Below are positions 18,654-29,192 of a stretch of 32,000 nucleotides of DNA, one piece after another (within the stretch, counting starts at the first letter, position 1; each line of letters begins with the position of its first letter). The notes below the pieces were generated by a model. It saw nothing but the letters and a program-made list of their open reading frames with translations, had not been told where the DNA came from and did not search any database. The stretch comes from Pseudoalteromonas translucida KMM 520 (GTDB lineage: Bacteria > Pseudomonadota > Gammaproteobacteria > Enterobacterales > Alteromonadaceae). Position numbers and translations under genes: made by a program. Location: NCBI RefSeq assembly GCF_001465295.1, contig NZ_CP011034.1, forward strand, positions 3,000,001 through 3,032,000, read 5' to 3'.

Positions 18654-21600
18654 TCATTGGGTAACGCTCACTTCAGCGTCTTTTAGTTTAAGCTTTGTGG
18701 CTGCTTGAGGCTGATTTTGCGCCGCTTGTGGTAGCGTTACTTCACGACTTTTACGGTCAAGTTCTTGTACTTGTGGATCGTTCATTTTACCGGTTACTTT
18801 AAAGTTTATTTCGGAAATAACGCGCGCCGAGTGAATCACTTTATCTATAGCAAGTGCAGCAAGGCCGGTAACTGGGTTAACCATCCAAGCTACTATTATA
18901 GGTATACTGGAGGTTACTTGCGGCGCAACCGCTAGGTCATAGTCTATTTCTAGGGTGTTTAAATTAGCATAACCTTTAATGGTTAAGTCGGCTGGTACGC
19001 CATCCATTTTAGTATCTTGAGTATAGGCAATGCCTTTATCAAGCTGCATTGTGCCTTGCATACTGTTATAAAAAAAGCCTTTGGAAAACACATCTCTAAA
19101 ATCGAGTTTTAATTTACGCACTAACGAATCTAGGCTCAGTAACGAGAACACCCGCGCGCCACCATCACTTACCTCGGTTAAATGTCCTTCGCCTAATCGC
19201 CAATCAATATTGCCCGAAAGACTTGCTACATCAAGGTTATACGGGGCTGCTTGCCATGCAAGATTATAGTTAATGGTTGCGTTTGAATCTTTAATTGCGG
19301 TGGTTAAGTCAAACTCATTAAATAATGCGCCTATATCCTCACTTTTAAGCTCACCGCTGAGTTGCGTTTGGCCATTTTGCCACTGCCCATGGGTGCGTAA
19401 AATATGATCGTTCTTATCAACCACTAACTCAGAAATAACAAGCCGCTTACCATCCCCCAATAAAGATGCGCTTACTTTACCTAACTGATACTGACTCACC
19501 TTACAGTCGCCACATTCAAATTCTATTGCGGGTAGCTGAGTAAGCCAGCTTACGTCATCGGCTGTTTCTGTGCTTGCAACTGGCTTAACGTTTGCAGGCT
19601 CAATAAAGTTAACTCTTAAATAATCGCTATTAATTCGAATCGGCTGGCTGGCTTGCGAGATAGGAATTAACACTCCTGCACGTAACTCTTTAGCATTTAA
19701 CTTTAGATATAAATCGTTTTGGGTAGGTGCTAAGCGCATTTCAAAGTCATTAAATTGCACGTCACTAATATTAAGTTTTTCTATATTAGCAAGTACTTCA
19801 TGCAGTGGTGGCATAACACTAGCTGATACTTGCTCTGAGCCTTGCTTAGTTACATTTATAATTTGCTCAATTAACTCTAACCAAGGAAATAAATCGGTTT
19901 GTGGTAGATTAATACTAACTGCTAAATCTTTTTTATTAAGCCCTAAATCGTTTTTACCGATAACAAAATGAGCATTATTAAAGTGGGTATTGGCATTATC
20001 TAAAATAGCGTTAAAATAAAATAGCTGCTTTATATTAGCGGTAATTAAGTTAGATATATTATCGCCTTGAATAACTGCATTGAGTGGCCATGGTTGCTCG
20101 CTGCTTTTAGCATAGTCACCCGGTAAAGTACTGCTTAAACCAATTAATGACGAGGTTACTTGCGCACGATAATCAAACCCTTGTTCGGTAAAATTAAGCA
20201 CTAAACCAATATCGGCTGCACTTTCGCCGCTAAGGTAGTTTTTTAATAACCCCTGGCCGCTCGCAATAAGAGTCTCGGCATCTAGCTGCGCTTTTATGTT
20301 TATGTTGGCGCGATAATCTTGCCCAATACTTTTGCTGTCATAGTTAATATTGAGTGGCATGCCCAACCATGTTGCAGTGGCATTAGTGAGGGTTATTTCA
20401 TTGTTTTTAAAATGCAGCTCGCCGTTTAAGTTATCCAGTTCAATGCCTGGAGTTGCAATATAAACAGGTAAGTCTATTAAATTTACTTTGCCGCTAACAC
20501 TTGCACCATTAGCAAATTTAGAACCAATTAACAGCTCTATATCTGCACTCGCTTCGCCTTTACCTTGCACAATTTTAAAAATTTCAGCAAGTGGGCTGGC
20601 TAGTGGCGTGGCCGCAAAAAAGTCGTGCATTTTTTCAAGCTCAGCTTGCTTATCTATTTTAACTACTAGCTCATCGGCATGCATTAAATCGCTAATGCTA
20701 ACGCGTACACTACTACCCACAGCTAAATTTACTAACTTGCCTTGCTGGCTATAAATATCCATGCGCTCATTGGCAAAATGTAACTGGGCGCTGGCATTAG
20801 TAACTGCGGGCCAGTCGGGATCAAACTGATAAGTGGCGTTATCTATTTGTGCTAACACATCAAACTGCCCAGAGCCGTCACTAAACGGAAAGCCTGTTAG
20901 CGGGCCTGCAAAAAGCACTTGTGCTTTTGACACTTCACCGCCTTTTATGGCGCCATTTAAATAACTAACTAATTCAGGGCTCATCGCTTTTAAAGGAAAA
21001 TAGTGCCCGGCAATACTGGCGTCGGGTGCAAATGCTTCGGCGTATAAATCTAAGCGCGGTTCGTCACCTAAGCTAAGTTGCATTTCTGCAGCAAAGGTTA
21101 CTTCATCATTGTTAAACCAAATATTGTCACTGCTAATGTGCCAAGCATTACTGCGCTTGGCTAAATTGAGCTCTACATTTAATTGCTCATAATCTATATT
21201 TTGGCTAAAGCTATCACCGGTAATTAGGCTGTTATTTTCACCAAACAGGGTAATTCGCCCGTATTGCTGATTAACCAGCGCACTAACTCGCAGGTCTTGT
21301 GCGGCAGGTATTGCGTGCTGCTCTTGCCAGCCAATATTATCGGCTTCAAACCACAGCTGCCATTGCTCATTATTGGTATAATCGAAGTAAGCTTGCTTTA
21401 TTTGCCCACTTGGCTGGCGCTGTAAAAATGGCGTTAGGTTGTTAAAGTTAGTCAGCTCGGCTAAATCGCTAAGTAGCGCTATATCAACTTGCTGTAACCA
21501 AACTTTATTTTGCTTACCCAGCAGTGCCTCAAACTCTAAACTCGGCCAGCTTTTATCATTACTATTAAACGCTAACCCCGTGCTTTTCAACCGCCAGCTT

Positions 21601-22505
21601 TTTTGTTCAGGAAATAAATGAAATCCACCTTCACTTAGGCTCAGCTGTTGTTTTTCTCCAGCCAATTCCCAATGTACAAAACTAGGTAACCACTGTACTT
21701 TTACATCACTCACTAAACCTTGATTAAGCGCTAACCAAGCTTGTAAGTTTATATTGCTATGCAGTTGCTGTTTTTCGGTATTAATATATTGCGCTAACCA
21801 GTTAGATACATCTACCTCATTAGCTTGCACATACATATCGCCTGCCATTTTTTCAATGGTATCGCCTTTGAGTGCTATTCGCGCATCAAAACTTCCTACC
21901 GAAATACCCGGTAATGCTAAGCTACCGCTGCCTAAATGTTGTTTATTTTGATTTTGCCAAACAATATTCTCTAACAGTAACTTACGCTCAGTACCGTCTT
22001 CTAAAATAAAGTTAATGCTGGAGTTTTCTATTGCGAAGTGGCCTGTGTCGCCCAAAAATAGTTCTTCTATTAGCTCTTTTTGTTCAAACGACACTTCGCC
22101 CTCATTTTTAGCAAATAAATTAGCTACCTTAATACTGGTATGAAAGCCATTTATTACAAAGTAGTTTGACTTTAATTGCAGCGTTTTTAAGCTCTCCCAC
22201 AAGTTAAGCTCTAAACTGGTTTTAGCTATAGTGAGTGAAATAGGTGCAGTTTGGTTGTCTTTAAACGATAGGTTTTCGAGCACTAAGGCAGGCCCGCTGC
22301 CTTGCCAACTAGCTGAAATAGAGCCTATTGATAAACTAATATCAAACTTAGTATGTAGGTAGTTTTCTATATTATCTTTGTAGTCGTTTGCATAAGGTAG
22401 GGTATATTTTAAAATAGAAACAGTCACGGCCAGTAACACTAAAATTATGGCACACGTTTGCCATAATTTTCTAAAACAAAAAAAACAGACCGCTTTTGCT
22501 TTCAT
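18654..22505 (-). CDS. yhdP: AsmA-like envelope-spanning protein YhdP (phospholipid transport to the outer membrane)
   Basis: 1283 aa (E. coli YhdP 1266 aa). Single N-terminal TM anchor (CAIILVLLAVTVSIL), then a long beta-rich body. Conserved position between rng and tldD. Its start overlaps the rng stop (TAATG). Confidence 0.85.
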   Translation of the reverse strand: MKAKAVCFFCFRKLWQTCAIILVLLAVTVSILKYTLPYANDYKDNIENYLHTKFDISLSIGSISASWQGSGPALVLENLSFKDNQTAPISLTIAKTSLELNLWESLKTLQLKSNYFVINGFHTSIKVANLFAKNEGEVSFEQKELIEELFLGDTGHFAIENSSINFILEDGTERKLLLENIVWQNQNKQHLGSGSLALPGISVGSFDARIALKGDTIEKMAGDMYVQANEVDVSNWLAQYINTEKQQLHSNINLQAWLALNQGLVSDVKVQWLPSFVHWELAGEKQQLSLSEGGFHLFPEQKSWRLKSTGLAFNSNDKSWPSLEFEALLGKQNKVWLQQVDIALLSDLAELTNFNNLTPFLQRQPSGQIKQAYFDYTNNEQWQLWFEADNIGWQEQHAIPAAQDLRVSALVNQQYGRITLFGENNSLITGDSFSQNIDYEQLNVELNLAKRSNAWHISSDNIWFNNDEVTFAAEMQLSLGDEPRLDLYAEAFAPDASIAGHYFPLKAMSPELVSYLNGAIKGGEVSKAQVLFAGPLTGFPFSDGSGQFDVLAQIDNATYQFDPDWPAVTNASAQLHFANERMDIYSQQGKLVNLAVGSSVRVSISDLMHADELVVKIDKQAELEKMHDFFAATPLASPLAEIFKIVQGKGEASADIELLIGSKFANGASVSGKVNLIDLPVYIATPGIELDNLNGELHFKNNEITLTNATATWLGMPLNINYDSKSIGQDYRANINIKAQLDAETLIASGQGLLKNYLSGESAADIGLVLNFTEQGFDYRAQVTSSLIGLSSTLPGDYAKSSEQPWPLNAVIQGDNISNLITANIKQLFYFNAILDNANTHFNNAHFVIGKNDLGLNKKDLAVSINLPQTDLFPWLELIEQIINVTKQGSEQVSASVMPPLHEVLANIEKLNISDVQFNDFEMRLAPTQNDLYLKLNAKELRAGVLIPISQASQPIRINSDYLRVNFIEPANVKPVASTETADDVSWLTQLPAIEFECGDCKVSQYQLGKVSASLLGDGKRLVISELVVDKNDHILRTHGQWQNGQTQLSGELKSEDIGALFNEFDLTTAIKDSNATINYNLAWQAAPYNLDVASLSGNIDWRLGEGHLTEVSDGGARVFSLLSLDSLVRKLKLDFRDVFSKGFFYNSMQGTMQLDKGIAYTQDTKMDGVPADLTIKGYANLNTLEIDYDLAVAPQVTSSIPIIVAWMVNPVTGLAALAIDKVIHSARVISEINFKVTGKMNDPQVQELDRKSREVTLPQAAQNQPQAATKLKLKDAEVSVTQ

Positions 22506-23977
22506 TACATCATTACCACATCAAACTGCTCTTGGCTGTATAAACTCTCAACTTGAATATTGACCTGCTTGCCAATAAATAGTTCCAACTCGGCTAAGTT
22601 ATGGTATTCATCGTTAAGTAATGCTTCACATACCGCGGGCGCTGCATAAACCACAAACTTATCAGCATCGTAAGCACGATTAACTCTCACTATTTCGCGC
22701 AGTAATTCGTAGCACACTGTTTCTACTGTTTTTTGTGAACCACGACCAGAACACGCAGGGCAAACATCACATAATATATGCTCTAAGCTTTCGCGGGTGC
22801 GCTTACGGGTCATTTCTACTAAACCTAATGCCGACAAGCCATTAATATTAGCTTTAGCACGATCTTTTGCTAACGCCGATTCGAGCGAATGCATTACGCG
22901 GCGTTTATGATCTTCACTTACCATATCGATAAAATCGATAATAATAATACCGCCTAAGTTACGCAGCCTAAGCTGGCGCGCAATAGCAGAAGTGGCTTCA
23001 ACATTGGTATTAAAAATGGTTTCTTCTAAATTACGATGGCCAACAAATGCCCCCGTATTAACATCAACTGTAGTCATCGCTTCGGTTTGATCGATAATTA
23101 AATAGCCACCCGATTTAAGGGTTACTTTACGGTGCAGCGCTTTTTGTATTTCGTTTTCAACATCAAACAAATCAAAAATGGGGCGCTCCCCCGGGTAATA
23201 CTCAAGCACTTGCGACAAAATTGGCACAAACTCTTCGGTAAATAATTTAAGCTCTTGGTAGGTTAGTTTAGAGTCAACCCTAATGCGCTCCATATCCTCG
23301 CCCACATAGTCACGTAGCGTTCTAAAGGCAAGGGTTAAGTCTTCATGCAAAATACTGGCTTTACTGGTTTTTTTACGACGTGACACCACTTTTTGCCACA
23401 ACTTTTGTAAAAATGCAGCATCGTGTCTTAATTCGGCTTCGCTTGCGCCTTCTGCAGCGGTTCGCACAATAAAGCTGCCGTTTTCATCGCTGTATTCAGC
23501 AACGATTTTTTTCAACCTGGCGCGCTCTTCTTCTGTTTCTATGCGCTGGCTTACGCCAACATGGGTGGCGTCGGGCATAAACACTAAATAGCGCGAAGGT
23601 ATGGTAATGTCGGTAGTTAAACGCGCGCCTTTAGTGCCCAGTGGATCTTTTACCACTTGCACCATAATATATTGTCCTTGGCGCACTAGTTCTCGAATAT
23701 CTTGTACTTTTTTTATCGGGGTATCGTCTACACCTTCAACAATAGAGGCGCTATTTACAATATCTGAGGCGTGTAAAAATGCAGCTTTTTCAAGGCCTAT
23801 ATCAACAAAGGCGGCTTGCATGCCGGGTAAAACACGGCTAATTTTTCCTAAGTAAATATTACCAACAATCCCTAAATTGCCAATTCGCTCTAGTTGTATT
23901 TCTTGTAGAACACCGTTTTCTATTAGGGCAACACGGCTTTCACTTGGCGTGACATTAATTAGTAATTCTATACTCAT
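22505..23977 (-). CDS. rng: ribonuclease G
   Basis: 490 aa (E. coli 489). S1 domain (GNIYLGKISRVLPGMQAAFVDIG) and the RNase E/G catalytic core (IIIDFIDM, CPACSGRG). Confidence 0.95.
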   Translation of the reverse strand: MSIELLINVTPSESRVALIENGVLQEIQLERIGNLGIVGNIYLGKISRVLPGMQAAFVDIGLEKAAFLHASDIVNSASIVEGVDDTPIKKVQDIRELVRQGQYIMVQVVKDPLGTKGARLTTDITIPSRYLVFMPDATHVGVSQRIETEEERARLKKIVAEYSDENGSFIVRTAAEGASEAELRHDAAFLQKLWQKVVSRRKKTSKASILHEDLTLAFRTLRDYVGEDMERIRVDSKLTYQELKLFTEEFVPILSQVLEYYPGERPIFDLFDVENEIQKALHRKVTLKSGGYLIIDQTEAMTTVDVNTGAFVGHRNLEETIFNTNVEATSAIARQLRLRNLGGIIIIDFIDMVSEDHKRRVMHSLESALAKDRAKANINGLSALGLVEMTRKRTRESLEHILCDVCPACSGRGSQKTVETVCYELLREIVRVNRAYDADKFVVYAAPAVCEALLNDEYHNLAELELFIGKQVNIQVESLYSQEQFDVVMM

Positions 23978-23978
23978 G

Positions 23979-24548
23979 CTAGCCTCTTAAGAATGTTTGT
24001 AATAATTGTTCGGTCTCGTATAAAGGTAAGCCTACTACAGCAAAATAGCTACCCGAAATATGAGTAACAAATCGACCGCCTAAGCCTTGAATGCCATACC
24101 CTCCTGCTTTATCTTGTGGCTCGCCACTTTGCCAGTAGGTATGTATTTCATCATCGCTGAGTGTTTTAAAAGTAACATTAGTACTGACTACGCAGCTAAG
24201 TACTTTGTCTGTTGTTGCAAAAGCAACCGCGGTTAATACCTGGTGGGTATTGCCCGACAAACGCTTTAATGTATGGGTAAAGTCATTTTCATCACGAGGC
24301 TTGCCTAGCGATTGGTTGTCAATAACTACAACGGTATCGCTACCCAGCACAGGGCGATCGGTATAACCAAGTGCTACACCCGACTGCGCCTTTAAACGCG
24401 CTAAGCGTTCTACATAATCATAAGGAAGTTCATTGGGTAGTTGGCTCTCGTCGGCATCAACACTAAACTGAGTAAATTCGATTCCTAGTTGCGCTAAAAG
24501 CTCTTTACGGCGAGGTGAGGCAGATGCCAAATATACGGCGTTGGTCAT
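23979..24548 (-). CDS. maf: Maf-family nucleoside triphosphate pyrophosphatase (YhdE type)
   Basis: 189 aa. YLASASPRRKELL, GSDTVV and AGGYGIQG motifs. Position after mreD. Confidence 0.9.
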   Translation of the reverse strand: MTNAVYLASASPRRKELLAQLGIEFTQFSVDADESQLPNELPYDYVERLARLKAQSGVALGYTDRPVLGSDTVVVIDNQSLGKPRDENDFTHTLKRLSGNTHQVLTAVAFATTDKVLSCVVSTNVTFKTLSDDEIHTYWQSGEPQDKAGGYGIQGLGGRFVTHISGSYFAVVGLPLYETEQLLQTFLRG

Positions 24549-25027
24549 TATCTGATCCTAAAATGTCTACGGTATTTACGCAGCAATAAAAACACCCACA
24601 CCCAACTCAACATGCCTGTTAGTACAGGCCATAAATATTGCGGGCTAAAATACACGCCTAATAAAAAGTGATTTAGCCAAAACTGCATTAAGTGATAAAG
24701 GGTTAAAAACAAGCCAATTAATAAGCTTTGTTGCCATAGCGAAAAGTTACGGATTTTTTGAAAATTACTGGCCGTAACAAAAATACAGATTGAATAAGTA
24801 AGTGAATTAACCCCAAGTGGTGAACCCGAAGCTAAATCTATTAATAAGCCTACAACCCAAGCGGTGCCTATATTTAAACGATGTGGCACAGCAAGTGACC
24901 AATACATTAATACCAACAGCACCCAGTCAGGACGAAATGGTTCAAACGAAAACGGTAACGGCATCAAAGCCATTACTAACGCAAAAAAGATACTCAGTGC
25001 AATTAACAACGAATAACGATTAATCAT
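24548..25027 (-). CDS. mreD: rod shape-determining protein MreD
   Basis: 159 aa polytopic membrane protein. 8-nt overlap with mreC and 1-nt overlap with maf. Confidence 0.85.
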   Translation of the reverse strand: MINRYSLLIALSIFFALVMALMPLPFSFEPFRPDWVLLVLMYWSLAVPHRLNIGTAWVVGLLIDLASGSPLGVNSLTYSICIFVTASNFQKIRNFSLWQQSLLIGLFLTLYHLMQFWLNHFLLGVYFSPQYLWPVLTGMLSWVWVFLLLRKYRRHFRIR

Positions 25028-25861
25028 CGCTAACCTGCTCCTGTTGATTTCGCCACAGCACTACTAATAATCGAATACGATCTAGCTGTGCTATGGGTTC
25101 TGCATAAACTTGTGCAAACGGCTGGCCTTCATCGCGATTTATTTCAGTAACTACAGCAACGGGGTAGCCCTCCGGAAAGGTGCCCCCTAAGCCTGAGGTC
25201 ACTAATACATCGCCAATACGTACATCTAGGCTGTGTGGTACATGAGAGAGCTTAACAACATTAATTTTACCTATGCCTTCAACCACAGTACGCACATCGT
25301 TACGTAAAATACGTACCGGCGTAGCGTGGGTAGTGTCGGTCATTAATAACACGCGTGAGGTGGTTGAGCCTACTTTAGTAAGCTGCCCTACTACGCCCAT
25401 ATCATCAATTACGGCTTGGCTTTCACTAAGCCCATTGGTGGTTCCTCGGTTTATAACAACTTGATGGCTATACGGGTTTGAATGTACTGACAGTACTTGC
25501 GCAATAATTTTACGATTTGACGGCTTAGCCGATGAGCCTAATAAGGCGCGTAATTTTTGATTTTCTCTGCTCAAAAACTGGTACTGCTGTAGTTGCTCGC
25601 TTTGCAGCATTTGCTTTTTTTTCAGCGCTTCGTTTTCGGTAAGTAATTGATCGCGGGTATGTAAGCTTTTTGCACCAAAGCTAAATACTTCATAGGGTAA
25701 ATTAGCCACATAAATTAATGGGCTAACCAGTGTATTTAAACTAGTACGAACGTTTGTTCCACCTTCGGTGTACTTATCGCCAATAATCAGTATGACACTC
25801 AAAAGCACTGCGACAAAGAGTCGCAGTTGCAAAGAAACGGTTTGTGCAAACATTGATTTCA

Positions 25862-25862
<1 letters not shown>
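25020..25862 (-). CDS. mreC: rod shape-determining protein MreC
   Basis: 280 aa. N-terminal TM segment, a coiled-coil segment (LTENEALKKKQMLQSEQLQQ), then beta-barrel domains. TAATG junction with mreB. Confidence 0.9.
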
Positions 25863-26953
<1,091 letters not shown>

Positions 26954-27008
26954 TTAATACGCTAATATAATGAGCGACATTAAGCACAGCTGCCTTTGTA
27001 ATTTAGTT

Positions 27009-27030
27009 AAAAAAGGAAGCAAAGCTTCCT
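27009..27030 (-). terminator. intrinsic terminator after the FGE-like gene, insulating it from mreB
   Basis: Stem AGGAAGC (27014-27020), loop AAA, stem GCTTCCT (27024-27030), starting 3 nt after the stop codon. The minus strand continues UUUUUAAC. Confidence 0.75.
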
Positions 27031-27032
27031 CT

Positions 27033-29072
27033 TTATCGTTCGCGCACTAAGCGAAAACCTATGTAATTAGATCTAAAATCGGGTGCTAATATTAATCGTG
27101 TTGAGGCACGTGCAAGGCTAGGCGCAAAATTCCACGCTCCACCTCTAACTGCAACATCCGACTCACCCGAGTTTTTGTTAGTCCATTCCCATACATTGCC
27201 TACGGTATCGTATAAACCAAATGCATTAGGAGAAAACGATCCTACCGGTGCAGCACTCTTGTTTGACCATTGACTACCACACCAGCCACAATTCGCTAAA
27301 TTTTTACCAATATCGTTACCCCAAGGGTATTCTGTTTGACTACCTGCGCGTGCAGCGTATTCCCACTCAACCTCATTGGGTAAACGAAACTGTTGACCTG
27401 TTTGCCCTGACAACCAATCAGCATACGCTTTAGCGTCGCTATAAGTTAAACAAACAGCCGGAAAATCACTTGTTTGCTCAAACCCAGGATTACGCCAATT
27501 TAAATTAGCTTCCCAAACGGGTTCGCCATTTAAATAATAGGCGCAGCCTTTGCCTTGCTCAGCTTGTGTTTTGTAGCCTGTATTAGCAGCAAACTGCTCA
27601 TACTCACCTACTGTCACTTCTTTGCTTTGCATTGCAAAAGAGTTGGCAATTACTTTTTCAATAACCGGGCGCTCATTGGCTAAACCATTGCCATTAATAT
27701 CGCCCATGTTAAATTTACCTGCCGGAATAACAACCACCGAAGTTTTTACATTAGCGCTTAATACGCTAATGTTGTCACTTACTTTACGAGTTGTTTGCTC
27801 TGGTTGCTCACGCGTGTATGTCGGTGCAGCAATCGACTCTGGCTTTTTTACTAAATTGGCATGCACAGTTTGTGCTTTATTTAAATCAACACGTACCTGA
27901 TAAGGCTTATAACCAAGCTTGCGCACTTCAATATTGTGCACACCTCGAGGTAAGCGAGTTACTAAGCGGGTTGAGCCAAAGCTAACCCCATCAATAAACA
28001 CCTCGTCGTCGTATACGTTTGAGCGTAGCGTTAATTCTATCGGCTGGTTCTTATCGCTATTAGCAATAACCGAGCTGTTTGTTACCGTAGGCTTTACTGC
28101 ATAATCACGCACTGGTTGCTCGTTTAAACGAGCCGCCGAAACGTTGCTATTATCCGCGTGCTTACTGAATGTTAACTGACTATCTGAAAAGGTTGTGCTG
28201 TAAGTTGGCTGATATGTTGCCGCCATTGGCGTGCCGTACTCAGAGCAGTAACGGTTATCAATACTTAATAAGTTACATAAGCGACTACTGTTAACTTCAC
28301 CACGCATAGTAACGCTTAAATTAACGTTATAATTGCCTTGGCCACTAAATGCACTTTTTACTACATGACTACTTAAAATTTGTACCTGAGCACCGGCCAA
28401 ATTACGTTTAGGTTCAACTAAACGCTCTTCGGTTAAGTTGGCAAATATTTGGTCAACAAAACGCTTAGTCGCTTTTTGTAGCCCCATTTGCTGTCCGCGT
28501 TGCTCACACGCTGCAAGTGTTTCGGTACGTTTACAATTAATTGTGTGATTAACCTCTAACGTGCCTTCGCGGGTAAACTCGTTACGTAAACGCTCTACTC
28601 GGGCGGTAGTTAACTGCTCTTTTAAGCTCTCTAAAGTGTTTAAAAGCGTGTGTTTAGCAACACGAATTTGCTCAATATCTTTACGGTGGGATGCAATTGC
28701 CGCCAACTGCATAGAAATATCATCTTTATTTTGCTTGTGATCGACCACCGCTTTTTGATAACGCGCCTGAGCAGCGGTTATATCAATACTAGGATCATCA
28801 ATTAAACGACGGTACATTTCGTTCATCGCGTCGAGTGCTTGGTTTTTTTCTTTATCTAACTCGGTTGAACGTGAACGTAAAAGTTGCAACTGGGTTTGCA
28901 GCTGGCTTTCTTCTTTTAAATGTTTATCAAGTATTGTTGTAGATTTGTCATAGTCGATCTGTTTTGTACTAATCTCAGATTCAATTCCAGTTACTGTTGC
29001 TGTGTCTTGTGCAAATGCACTACTAGCCAACAAACTAGCTGAAATTAACAGAGATAAAGGAGTAATTCGCAT
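27033..29072 (-). CDS. secreted multidomain protein: signal peptide, coiled coil, Cys-containing module, PEGA domain, C-terminal FGE-sulfatase (SUMF1/PvdO/GldK-like) fold lacking the catalytic cysteines
   Basis: The track ORF starts at TTG 29096. ATG 29072 gives MRITPLSLLISASLLASSAFA|QD, a Sec signal. ORF residues about 40-175 are heptad-rich and Q/K/E/L-rich. PEGA-like LRSNVYDDEVFIDGVSFGSTRLVTRLPRGVHNIEVRKLGYKPY spans nt 27849-28040. The FGE-fold hallmarks IPAGKFNMG, RLPNEVEWEYAAR, NCGWCGSQW, GLYDTVGNVWEWT and RGGAW span nt 27042-27740. Confidence 0.8.
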   Translation of the reverse strand: MRITPLSLLISASLLASSAFAQDTATVTGIESEISTKQIDYDKSTTILDKHLKEESQLQTQLQLLRSRSTELDKEKNQALDAMNEMYRRLIDDPSIDITAAQARYQKAVVDHKQNKDDISMQLAAIASHRKDIEQIRVAKHTLLNTLESLKEQLTTARVERLRNEFTREGTLEVNHTINCKRTETLAACEQRGQQMGLQKATKRFVDQIFANLTEERLVEPKRNLAGAQVQILSSHVVKSAFSGQGNYNVNLSVTMRGEVNSSRLCNLLSIDNRYCSEYGTPMAATYQPTYSTTFSDSQLTFSKHADNSNVSAARLNEQPVRDYAVKPTVTNSSVIANSDKNQPIELTLRSNVYDDEVFIDGVSFGSTRLVTRLPRGVHNIEVRKLGYKPYQVRVDLNKAQTVHANLVKKPESIAAPTYTREQPEQTTRKVSDNISVLSANVKTSVVVIPAGKFNMGDINGNGLANERPVIEKVIANSFAMQSKEVTVGEYEQFAANTGYKTQAEQGKGCAYYLNGEPVWEANLNWRNPGFEQTSDFPAVCLTYSDAKAYADWLSGQTGQQFRLPNEVEWEYAARAGSQTEYPWGNDIGKNLANCGWCGSQWSNKSAAPVGSFSPNAFGLYDTVGNVWEWTNKNSGESDVAVRGGAWNFAPSLARASTRLILAPDFRSNYIGFRLVRER

Positions 29073-29192
29073 ATATTCAGTCCCAAAAAGCGGCAATTAT
29101 TTGGTCGTTATTATTTTTCTAAAATAAAGCCTTATGCTATGTACTTGAAGCACAAAACACAAGCTTTGTTCAATTATTATCTAAGTTTACAA

